NCBI GenBank assembly: GCA_964392925.1
Contig: CAYMRP010000001.1
Coordinates: 51,945 to 115,944 of the forward strand
DNA length: 64,000 bases
Direction of reading: 5' to 3'
Source of the DNA: an uncultured Gammaproteobacteria bacterium
GTDB lineage: Bacteria; Patescibacteriota; Microgenomatia; Daviesbacterales; UBA10151
Part shown: piece by piece, positions 50,041 to 58,622 of the stretch
How positions within the stretch are numbered: the stretch's first letter is position 1
Layout of the letters: the number at the start of each line of letters is the position of its first letter
Program-made: the position numbers and the translations under genes
Notes under the pieces: generated by a model
The model's database searches: none
Told to the model about the DNA's origin: nothing
The model's input: the letters and a program-made list of their open reading frames with translations, nothing else

Positions 50041-50927
50041 TTTTGTTTAACAAATTTCTTATCTCTATCAAAGAAATAAAGTGTTTTCTTTCCGTAATAA
50101 GAAGCGAATGACCCATATGTGCTGTTTGATCCAATAATTAAATCGCACATTGATAGCGCAAATAAATCTTGGATAACCTGTCCCGGGCCGTGAACAACAT
50201 CCAAATCTTTAAATAAACTAAATTCTATCAACCCATCAGAGAATATAACAAATCTTGTTTTACTTGTTTCAAAACGTCTAACTTTAATAAAGTATTTTAA
50301 GATTTCATAAACCTCTTTTGGGGAAAAGTACAGCGAACCACCTAAGAAAATTTTATAATCTCCCTGGCGGATATGAACTCCAATCAACTTTTTACCACCC
50401 TTACGATTGTCTGAAATAAATTTTTCTACAATCTTTATTATCTCTTTCTTCGGAGTAAGAAATTGTGTGATCTCCGTATGATACTTATCAATCCCGACCG
50501 GATTTCTGAAATTCCATCCCTCCGTGTAGACTCGGTTAATTGTGGAATTTTCAATATTCTTCAAAGCATTCTGCTGTTCTCTATTTCGCACTTTTGAAGG
50601 CGGCAGCAGAAAAACTTCAGAAGGGTCTTCCTTAAGTAGAGCGCCCTTCCAGAAAAAAGGAATAGCAGTCGTTAAAAACTTATACAATAAATAAGTAATC
50701 GCATGTGACTTGTAAAAATTTAAATCTTTTATAAATCCGAAAAATGCTGAATAAAATCTAGGATTTGGCAAATTGAAATATTTGTCATACTCATAAAATG
50801 AATAATTAATCAGATGATAATTTTTCTCCAAACAAAAAGCGTACATACTGCTATACAAAATCAACTGATTTCCTAGTCTACCGCCATTGTGTCTTAAGAT
50901 TACGACTTCTTTTTTCGGATTGCTCAT
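50028..50927 (-). CDS. GT11 alpha-1,2-fucosyltransferase-like protein
   Basis: GGRLGNQL, GVHIRQGDY, FSD, D...LSMCD.IIGSNSTY. Confidence 0.82.
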   Translation of the reverse strand: MSNPKKEVVILRHNGGRLGNQLILYSSMYAFCLEKNYHLINYSFYEYDKYFNLPNPRFYSAFFGFIKDLNFYKSHAITYLLYKFLTTAIPFFWKGALLKEDPSEVFLLPPSKVRNREQQNALKNIENSTINRVYTEGWNFRNPVGIDKYHTEITQFLTPKKEIIKIVEKFISDNRKGGKKLIGVHIRQGDYKIFLGGSLYFSPKEVYEILKYFIKVRRFETSKTRFVIFSDGLIEFSLFKDLDVVHGPGQVIQDLFALSMCDLIIGSNSTYGSFASYYGKKTLYFFDRDKKFVKQNQIF

Positions 50928-50934
50928 TACTGTA

Positions 50935-50974
50935 ATTATATCCTGATAACCCTAACAACAAAAAGCTGTATAAT
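50935..50974. promoter_or_regulatory. Back-to-back TATAAT boxes of a divergent promoter
   Basis: Minus-strand TATAAT 50935-50940 lies 7 nt from ATG 50927; plus-strand TATAAT 50969-50974 lies 12 nt from ATG 50987. Confidence 0.55.
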
Positions 50975-50986
50975 CAAAAAATCTTA

Positions 50987-53134
50987 ATGAAAAAAATAAT
51001 TATTACTTTCTTTATTTTTCTATTCTCTTTTCTTTCAGTTTTTTCATCAGGTGTTATTGATTCAATTGATGGTTTTCTTTATCTCGGTGTGGCCAGAAAT
51101 ATTTATTACGAAGGTGAGCCAGTCGCGCCGGAATATAAATACAATACCAGACAAAATATTCATTTAAACGTTTATAAAGGTAAAGATGGTAAAACTTACA
51201 GTCTGACTGGTTTAGGCTATTCATTGGCAATGATGCCAGCTGTTTTATTAACCGATATTATATATAAGTTTTATGATGTTTCTCCTCCGATTAACTTTCC
51301 CTTAGAAAACGATTGGTTAATTCTTTTAACCGCCAGTTTCACTAATGTTTTCTTTGGTGCAATGTTGGGTACTATTTTATTGATCTACTTTGGGTTACTG
51401 GGTCTAAATAAGAGATCATCAATTCTCTTAAGTCTTATTTCAATTTTTACCACCAATCTTTTTCCTTACACCAAACATTCAATGGCTCACATGATGTTTA
51501 TCGCCTTCTTGATGCTATCTTTTTTAATGTTCAAACTTCATTCTCAAAGTAAGAAAAGAGTTCAATTAATAATCGCCGGTGCTTCATTTGGTGTTGTTTG
51601 TCTGACGTATAACGCCACTTTCGGATTGGCAGCCATACCTTTAATTGTTTATTATTTCTTACTCAATCAGCCAAGAAAAAAACTGACTTATCTTAAAACA
51701 GTTATTTCAGATATCGGTCTTTTTATAATCGGTGTATTACCTCTGCTGGCAATTTATATTTGGTTTGAAAACGTTAGGGCGCTTGATTATTACAATGGAG
51801 CTGTCGATATAGCTAGTGTCGGCTTTACTTATATAACCTACACACTTCCGGTGTCTGTATTTATCGAAGGCATTTATGGGCAGTTGTTTAGTCCTGGAAG
51901 AAGTATTTTTCTCTACAGTCCATTGCTCATGTTACCCATACTTTTTTGGCATAAAATAAAAAAGAATTTTTATCCAGAAGCAATAATTTTTGTTTTATAT
52001 TCGATAATTTTAATTTGCTTTTATGCTAAAGCCTACAGTGTCGGAAGCAGTGAACAGGGAGTCGCAGCTTTGTGGCATGGAGAATCGAGTTGGGGACCAA
52101 GGTACCTAACCCCAATAATTCCTTTGGGAATGCTGGTGGTGGCTGGAATTTACAAGAAAATTTCCCGTAAAGCGCACATCTTTGTTTTTTATCCGCTTGT
52201 CGGAGCCGGTATCTTTGTTCAGATGCTTGGTGTATTAATGCCATATCAAACTAAATTTGCCGGACTACAGCCTAATTTCTTTCTAAACGGCACTGAATAT
52301 ACCTCCTATGCATATTCAAACCTCCTTCCCCGCTATATGCCAATTCTTGCCCAATCCAGAAACTTATTTAAATTAGTTAAAAATTTTCCTCAAACATTTC
52401 TAACAGGACCAAATGATCTCCGCTTTATGGATGGCGTAGATTTTCCTTTTTTTGTCGGTAACGAGAGGTGGCGGACAATAGAAAGTAATGGCTATATAAC
52501 TTTTAACAATTCTGAGGAAGTAAAAAAAATATCTTTAGGTCTGGCCAATCATCCTTTGGAGGAAGGTTCCGATTCTGCTCAGATTATGGTTTTTTTAAAT
52601 GGAGAAAAATTATTACCTAGTGAAATTATAATTCCTATTTCTGAGAGAAAACTACTTGAGTTAAATATCCCCAACTCTCTTAAAGATAGTAACAACCAAT
52701 TAATTATTGCAAATAAATTTGTTTCCAAAGATGGATTAGTTAGCAGCGATTCAATTTTCCTGGATGATCCCTCAAAGTATCAGAATAAAACAGTTACCCC
52801 GGCTAAAAATACTGCCCAAATACTTGGGTTATATTCATTTCAAATAAACGACATTCCCCAAAATCTCGAGTCAATTACAGTTCCTTATGTCTCGGATCTT
52901 GGCCCTAAAATTCTCGGATTTAAATATAATAATTGGGGAGGGGAGAATAAAGATCCCTGGAAAACATGGGATATTCATACTCAAACTTTTGAAAGATTGC
53001 CTGATTTTTGGTGGCTAAGAAATCTATATTATTGGGATATTCCAAAGGCTTGGATTCTCACGGCGTTTTTCCTGAACGTCGTAGTATTAATCTGGTCAGG
53101 AATTAAACTCAGAATATATCTCCGCAAAACTTAA
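50987..53134 (+). CDS. Large GT-C-like membrane protein with a C-terminal extracytoplasmic domain
   Basis: SIDG acidic loop, SPGRSIFLYSP, WHG..SWGPRYL.P, beta-rich segment and a final TM helix. Confidence 0.65.
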   Translation: MKKIIITFFIFLFSFLSVFSSGVIDSIDGFLYLGVARNIYYEGEPVAPEYKYNTRQNIHLNVYKGKDGKTYSLTGLGYSLAMMPAVLLTDIIYKFYDVSPPINFPLENDWLILLTASFTNVFFGAMLGTILLIYFGLLGLNKRSSILLSLISIFTTNLFPYTKHSMAHMMFIAFLMLSFLMFKLHSQSKKRVQLIIAGASFGVVCLTYNATFGLAAIPLIVYYFLLNQPRKKLTYLKTVISDIGLFIIGVLPLLAIYIWFENVRALDYYNGAVDIASVGFTYITYTLPVSVFIEGIYGQLFSPGRSIFLYSPLLMLPILFWHKIKKNFYPEAIIFVLYSIILICFYAKAYSVGSSEQGVAALWHGESSWGPRYLTPIIPLGMLVVAGIYKKISRKAHIFVFYPLVGAGIFVQMLGVLMPYQTKFAGLQPNFFLNGTEYTSYAYSNLLPRYMPILAQSRNLFKLVKNFPQTFLTGPNDLRFMDGVDFPFFVGNERWRTIESNGYITFNNSEEVKKISLGLANHPLEEGSDSAQIMVFLNGEKLLPSEIIIPISERKLLELNIPNSLKDSNNQLIIANKFVSKDGLVSSDSIFLDDPSKYQNKTVTPAKNTAQILGLYSFQINDIPQNLESITVPYVSDLGPKILGFKYNNWGGENKDPWKTWDIHTQTFERLPDFWWLRNLYYWDIPKAWILTAFFLNVVVLIWSGIKLRIYLRKT

Positions 53135-53140
53135 TTTAGC

Positions 53141-53875
53141 TCACTTAGTTAATTTGTGATATTCCTCAAATACCTTAGAAGTCTCTCCATCGATAACTAT
53201 TTTCGATTCATTTATTAGAATTGCTCTATCACAAAAACTCTTTATCGAGTGCTCATCATGACTTACAAATACGATCGTTTTCTCCCCCGATGCTTTTATC
53301 TCTTTTAATCTCTTCATGCATTTCTCCTGAAATGCAACATCCCCAACAGCTAAAACTTCATCAATCAAAAGTATCGGCGCATTAGTATTTATTGCAATCG
53401 AAAACCCCAGCCTCATATACATCCCGCTTGAATATTTTTTAACCGGGGTGTGAATAAATTCCTTAAGTTCACTAAATTCTATAATCTCCTCAACTTTCGC
53501 TTCAATCTCTTTTTTATGCATCCCAAGAATTGCAGCATTCAAAAAAATATTTTCATATCCGGATAATTCATAATGAAACCCTGCTCCTAATTCTATTAAA
53601 GGGGCTACTTTTCCTTCAATATTAACTTTCCCCGAAGTGGGAAAAGTAACTCCGGCTATTAGTTTCAAAAGTGTAGATTTACCAGATCCATTTTTACCAA
53701 CAACTCCAACAGTTTCCCCTTGTGCAATTTCAAAACTCATATTTGATAATGCTGTAAACTTTTTTGCCCAAGGCTTACCAGTCAATAAATTAGGTAAAAG
53801 TTCTTTAAAAGTTCTGTCATCCTGCAGATAAAAACTCTTAGTTACATTTTTAAATGATATAGTCGTGTTTCCCAT
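53141..53875 (-). CDS. wzt: ABC polysaccharide exporter ATPase with no C-terminal carbohydrate-binding domain
   Basis: GKNGSGKST, YSSGM..RL.F, LIDEVLAVGD, VSHD; ATG 53875 follows the wzm stop (track start 54019 overlaps wzm). Confidence 0.92.
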   Translation of the reverse strand: MGNTTISFKNVTKSFYLQDDRTFKELLPNLLTGKPWAKKFTALSNMSFEIAQGETVGVVGKNGSGKSTLLKLIAGVTFPTSGKVNIEGKVAPLIELGAGFHYELSGYENIFLNAAILGMHKKEIEAKVEEIIEFSELKEFIHTPVKKYSSGMYMRLGFSIAINTNAPILLIDEVLAVGDVAFQEKCMKRLKEIKASGEKTIVFVSHDEHSIKSFCDRAILINESKIVIDGETSKVFEEYHKLTK

Positions 53876-53876
53876 A

Positions 53877-54656
53877 TTAAACCAAATCTGCAAAAACTCT
53901 CTCCGATCTCTTAAAAGTAATAAACCCAACAACAAAAATAACCAGTGAAAACACAAATGACCAGGCAATAGTCCCCAAATCAAAGCTTTGCCCAAAAAGT
54001 GCCGATCTATAACCTTCAATTATGCCGACCATCGGATTTAACTTATAAATTCCAATCCACTCCGGCGGCACCATTGACAGCGGATAAACCACTGGCGAAA
54101 CATACATCCAAAGCATCAACACTAAATTAGCTAAATATTGAATATCCCGGTAGAACAAATTTGCGGTAGAAAAAATAAATCCGATTCCGGTTATCAACAT
54201 AATTTGAATCCCCAGCAGTGGAATAATCCAAAAAGCACTTGGAGAAATAGAAACCTGATAAAAAATCATAAATACTCCTAAAACAATTGATGCAAAAAAT
54301 AAATCGATTAACTTAGCTGTCACAATCGAGTAAATAAAAACTTCTCTTGGGAAAGCGACCTTTTTCAAAAGTTCCCGATTATCAACCAAAGCTAAAGTTG
54401 AATTAGCAACCACTGTTTGAAGATATATCCAAGGCAATAGTCCTATGAATAAAAATACCGGATAGGGGATACTTGTCGGAAACCTGAAAACAACTGAGAA
54501 AACAAAAGAATAAACTAGTAACTGAAGTAAAGGATTCAAAATAACCCAGGCATATCCAATAATCGACTGCTTATACCTGGCTTTAATTTCTCTCTGGATG
54601 AGTTGATACAACAAATACTTATAAGAAGTAAACGGTAAAAGAAAAGACTTCAGCAT
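53877..54656 (-). CDS. wzm: ABC-2 polysaccharide exporter permease
   Basis: REIKARYKQSIIGYAW..LNPL, YRD, SPVVYP, LNP, FADLV. Confidence 0.92.
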   Translation of the reverse strand: MLKSFLLPFTSYKYLLYQLIQREIKARYKQSIIGYAWVILNPLLQLLVYSFVFSVVFRFPTSIPYPVFLFIGLLPWIYLQTVVANSTLALVDNRELLKKVAFPREVFIYSIVTAKLIDLFFASIVLGVFMIFYQVSISPSAFWIIPLLGIQIMLITGIGFIFSTANLFYRDIQYLANLVLMLWMYVSPVVYPLSMVPPEWIGIYKLNPMVGIIEGYRSALFGQSFDLGTIAWSFVFSLVIFVVGFITFKRSERVFADLV

Positions 54657-54664
54657 TAACTATT

Positions 54665-54725
54665 ATTATATTGCATACCTGTCCGTTTCACACTAATTTC
54701 ATTTATCCGCAACTTATGGTACTTT
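54665..54725. promoter_or_regulatory. Divergent -10 boxes, each 8 nt from its start codon
   Basis: Minus-strand TATAAT 54665-54670 before ATG 54656; plus-strand TGgTACTTT 54717-54725 before ATG 54734. Confidence 0.5.
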
Positions 54726-54733
54726 ATTCGTGA

Positions 54734-55648
54734 ATGCAAAATACTAAGCCAGAAATTGAATTCACCGGTGAACGCATGGTGCCTGAATTAAATCAGGGAA
54801 TGACGCTCTATTACGAGCACCTGCTTCGCTACATGATGGCTTCCCGCTTTGTTAAGAACAAAAAAGTTCTAGATGTAGGCTGCGGAGTCGGCTATGGATC
54901 ATGGATGCTAAAAAAATCTGGAGCCTCCGAGGTCTATGGAATAGATATTTCAAAAGATGCTGTTAGTTACGCTGATAAAAAATTCGCCGAGTCAAAATTA
55001 CAATTTGAGATTGGTGATGGCGAAAATCTTAAAAACTATCAAAGAAATGTTGATGTCATAACCGCTTTTGAGTTCATCGAACATATCCATAACCAAAACG
55101 CATTTCTCAAAGGCGTAAAAGAAAATCTTAAACAAAATGGTCTATTCTTTGTCTCAAGTCCCAATAAAAATACTTATCAAAACCATAATCATTTCCATGT
55201 CAATGAATTAACCCCTGCAAACTTCGAACAGCTTTTGAAAAAATACTTCAAACACGTGCTTATCTTAGATCAGCGATTTTTGTTCACTAATTATATTATT
55301 CCTACTCATTCAAAAAGTGATATTAATCTGGATAAATTACACGACAATTTTGTTAAAGAAAAAATCGAATCAATATTGCCTTTAAATAAAATAGAAGATT
55401 CGCGTTACATGATCGCTATTTGTTCGGATAAAAAGCTCGACTTAAATCAAGAATATTTTTCAATCTCCTCTTATGATGTAGATAAATTTTCTTTAAAACA
55501 CGGCATTGAAGGGCTCTATGAAGACTGGCATTCCCAGTCCCAAGCCTCAGCAAAAGATAAAGAATTATTAAATCAAATCCGCGATTCCTGGTTTTTTAAA
55601 TTATGGGAGTTTTACTGTCTTATTAAAAAAACCTTAAAAGGAAAATGA
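54734..55648 (+). CDS. SAM-dependent methyltransferase, possibly chain-capping
   Basis: FTGER, EH..RY, VLDVGCGVGYG, FE.IEH, SSPN, N.FHV.E; short C-terminal helix IRDSWFFKLW. Confidence 0.85.
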   Translation: MQNTKPEIEFTGERMVPELNQGMTLYYEHLLRYMMASRFVKNKKVLDVGCGVGYGSWMLKKSGASEVYGIDISKDAVSYADKKFAESKLQFEIGDGENLKNYQRNVDVITAFEFIEHIHNQNAFLKGVKENLKQNGLFFVSSPNKNTYQNHNHFHVNELTPANFEQLLKKYFKHVLILDQRFLFTNYIIPTHSKSDINLDKLHDNFVKEKIESILPLNKIEDSRYMIAICSDKKLDLNQEYFSISSYDVDKFSLKHGIEGLYEDWHSQSQASAKDKELLNQIRDSWFFKLWEFYCLIKKTLKGK

Positions 55649-57045
55649 AAAAATCTCAGTTTCCTTTTGTCTCAATAATAATTCTTAATTACTTCGGGGA
55701 GAAAGTCATAAAGAATGTTATTAATTCACTTGTTAATCTAAATTATCCGTCCGGGTCTTTTGAAATAATTGTTGTCGATAATAACTCTCAGGATAAAAGT
55801 TTAGAGATTCTAGAGCAGTTAAAAACAAAACTTCCAAATTTAACAGTTATGCCTCTCAGTAAAAATCTTGGTTTCTCCAGAGGCAATAACGTTGGTATTA
55901 AAGTGGCCAAAGGCGAATATGTAGCACTATTAAATAACGATTGTGTAGTTTCCAAAAACTGGCTCTCGAATCTGGTTAGTACCGCTCAAAAAAATTCAAA
56001 AGTCTTTGCCGTCGCTTCAAAAATTCTTCTCTATCAAAAATATTATGAATTGAACGTCCCCATCTCTTCTGACATAGAGCCTTTTTATTCTTATGTCTCT
56101 AAATCCGCGCTTTATAATTTTGGCGGGAAAAGACTCTATTTCAATTCCTATCTTGAAAATGGTTCTTTACAGGCTCAAATTCCTTATGATCCGGTTTCCG
56201 ATACTCTGCTTGAAATCCAAATGCTGATACATTATAAAAAAAGCCCAACTCGGAAAATTAAAGATATTTTTTCTGGCCTCTCAAAAAGCATCACAGTCAA
56301 GGACTATAAAATCCAAAAGAAAGATATTCTTTTTACTCTTGAGATAGATCTTAAAAGCAAAATCTCGATTGGAAAATCAATCAGTAAAATTCAAAATGCC
56401 GGAATAATTCCCTTTCAAGATGGGTATGCCAGAGACATAGGGGCTATAGTCCGCGATAGAACCCAATACTATGAATATGACGAGGGTCAGTTTGATAAAG
56501 AAACAGAAGTTTATGCTTTTTGCGGAGCTGCTGTTTTGTTAAGCAAGGAGGGTCTGGATAAAATTGGACTGCTTGATGAGACCTTTTTTATGTACTATGA
56601 AGACGTTGAGATTTCTGAGCGCGCCCGTTTAAATGGCTACCAAATCATCTATAGTCCAAAAGCAGAGGTCCGGCATATTCATGCCCTTTCCAGTAAAGAA
56701 GGTAGTAAATTTTTTATCTACCAGGTTGAAAAGGGAAGATTACTGCACGTTTTCTATAATTTCCCTTCAAGAGTTTTTATCCGTCAATACGTCACCACTA
56801 TATTTATAGTTATTTATGGTCTTATGAATATCCTAATGAGTCTCAAATATTTGAAAGCGATCTATAAAGATAAAAGCCAAGATAAGCCAAATTTTGGTCG
56901 TACTTTTCAATTGTTAAGGGTAAGCATGTATTTTCTGATAAATTTGCCTTATTTAATTTTAAAAAGATATAAAAAGAAATCTAATAAAAATATTATAGAG
57001 AATAATTACCAGCAAATAACTAGCGGAAAGTGGTATTTTAATTAA
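55645..57045 (+). CDS. GT2 glycosyltransferase (WbbL/rhamnosyltransferase-like) with an internal insertion
   Basis: VDNNS.D, NLGF..GNN.G, LLNND, FCGAA, FFMYYED. Confidence 0.85.
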   Translation: MKKSQFPFVSIIILNYFGEKVIKNVINSLVNLNYPSGSFEIIVVDNNSQDKSLEILEQLKTKLPNLTVMPLSKNLGFSRGNNVGIKVAKGEYVALLNNDCVVSKNWLSNLVSTAQKNSKVFAVASKILLYQKYYELNVPISSDIEPFYSYVSKSALYNFGGKRLYFNSYLENGSLQAQIPYDPVSDTLLEIQMLIHYKKSPTRKIKDIFSGLSKSITVKDYKIQKKDILFTLEIDLKSKISIGKSISKIQNAGIIPFQDGYARDIGAIVRDRTQYYEYDEGQFDKETEVYAFCGAAVLLSKEGLDKIGLLDETFFMYYEDVEISERARLNGYQIIYSPKAEVRHIHALSSKEGSKFFIYQVEKGRLLHVFYNFPSRVFIRQYVTTIFIVIYGLMNILMSLKYLKAIYKDKSQDKPNFGRTFQLLRVSMYFLINLPYLILKRYKKKSNKNIIENNYQQITSGKWYFN

Positions 57046-58622
57046 TGAAAAAAGCAGTAGTTTATGATAGGTGGCTTCAAACACTCGGTGGCGGAGAAGT
57101 GGTTGCTTGCAATATAGCCAGAATCCTTAAGCAGTCAGGTTATGATGTGCTGTTAGTTAGTGGTAAAAAAGTCACAAAGGAAACAATCTACGAAAAGCTC
57201 CACATTGATGTATCTGGCATAGAATTTGTTGAAATTTGGAATGATGAATATGCATTAAAAAAACTCACCCAGGGCAAGGATTTGTTTATTAACATTTCTT
57301 TTATGGATTATTCCCGGGGGTTTGCCAAAAAGAATTTATACTATGTAAACTTTCCCACTAAACCCTATGTTACTTTTAAAGGCTTAGTTTTTTCGTTAAC
57401 TGCACCTTTTGTGGCCGGCTTCATTAAGCCAATAGAATCAATGAGTACAACAGATGCTCCTGTAATAATCAGAGGCCGCCCTGCCTATCTACTAGAAAAT
57501 ACTAATAGATATGCGATTTATAATCTTCAGTTAGGTAAAACTCAAACTATCGAATTCAGTCTTCTTATCGAGAATTTTAGTAAAACCCAACTTAAAAATA
57601 TATCACTGACACTCGATAATGCCGAACTCTTAAATACTTGGACAGCAGTTTTCCACGAAAGTAATATTCTCACTTATATACTTAGATTTACTCCAAAATC
57701 CAACACCGTCTACTTAAATATTATGATCGGGGATTTTGGTAAAAAAACTTTTGAATTAGAGCAGGGACGAATCTATTTGCTTTATCCAAAAATTGAATTG
57801 AAAAAAATTTCGACATTCTTATTTAGTGATTTTCTAAATAAATTTCAAATCAGAATGAGAGCTGGAATATTTGTAAATATTCTCGGTCGCCTAAGGAGCT
57901 ATCAATCCATTCTTACCTATTCATCATTCGCTCAAAAGTGGATAAAAAGATATTGGGGTAGAAATTCTGTAATCATCGCCCCTCCGGTCTCGTTTATCTT
58001 CGATGATTACGATCTATCAAAGTATAAAAAGAAAAATTGGATTTGTTCAGTCGGTAGATTCTTCACTTTGGGACATGGGAAAAAACAGGAAATAATGATC
58101 GAGGCTTTTAAGAAAATTTATGATCAGGGTTATAAAGATTGGGAGCTTCATCTTGCAGGAGGCTTAGGTAATGAGCCTTCCAGTATTGAATTTTTCCAAT
58201 ATTTAAAAGATCAATCCGAAGGATATCCAGTTTATTTCCATGTAAATGTCTCCAGAAAAGAAATCGAAGAAATTTACCTGAATTCCAAAATATACTGGCA
58301 CGCTACTGGGTTTGATGAAAATGAAAATTATCAGCCTGTAAGGTTTGAGCATTTTGGAATATCTCCAATAGAAGCCGTTAGTGCCGGTTGTATACCAATC
58401 CTTTATCGCGGCGGCGGCTTACCGGAAATAATTAATCAACTGGAATTAAATCCTGATGATTATTTATTTGGAAATACCAAGTCGCTCATTGCTTTAACAA
58501 TATCTCAAATTGAGAAAAAGACTGAGCCTTTAGACTGGAAAAAAATCTTTAAAATATTAAATAACTCTTACTCGAAAGCCGTCTTTAAGACGAAATTCTT
58601 AAAACTAATTAATTCCCTTTAA
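57045..58622 (+). CDS. GT4 glycosyltransferase (ALG11-like motifs) with an internal insertion
   Basis: LGGGEVV, IIAPPV, SVGRF....KKQ, YWHA.G, FEHFGISPIEA. Confidence 0.85.
   Translation: MKKAVVYDRWLQTLGGGEVVACNIARILKQSGYDVLLVSGKKVTKETIYEKLHIDVSGIEFVEIWNDEYALKKLTQGKDLFINISFMDYSRGFAKKNLYYVNFPTKPYVTFKGLVFSLTAPFVAGFIKPIESMSTTDAPVIIRGRPAYLLENTNRYAIYNLQLGKTQTIEFSLLIENFSKTQLKNISLTLDNAELLNTWTAVFHESNILTYILRFTPKSNTVYLNIMIGDFGKKTFELEQGRIYLLYPKIELKKISTFLFSDFLNKFQIRMRAGIFVNILGRLRSYQSILTYSSFAQKWIKRYWGRNSVIIAPPVSFIFDDYDLSKYKKKNWICSVGRFFTLGHGKKQEIMIEAFKKIYDQGYKDWELHLAGGLGNEPSSIEFFQYLKDQSEGYPVYFHVNVSRKEIEEIYLNSKIYWHATGFDENENYQPVRFEHFGISPIEAVSAGCIPILYRGGGLPEIINQLELNPDDYLFGNTKSLIALTISQIEKKTEPLDWKKIFKILNNSYSKAVFKTKFLKLINSL

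Noticed and set aside
56035-57890. Inteins as the explanation for the GT2 and GT4 insertions
   Set aside because: No Cys/Ser start paired with a His-Asn end and no LAGLIDADG motif seen
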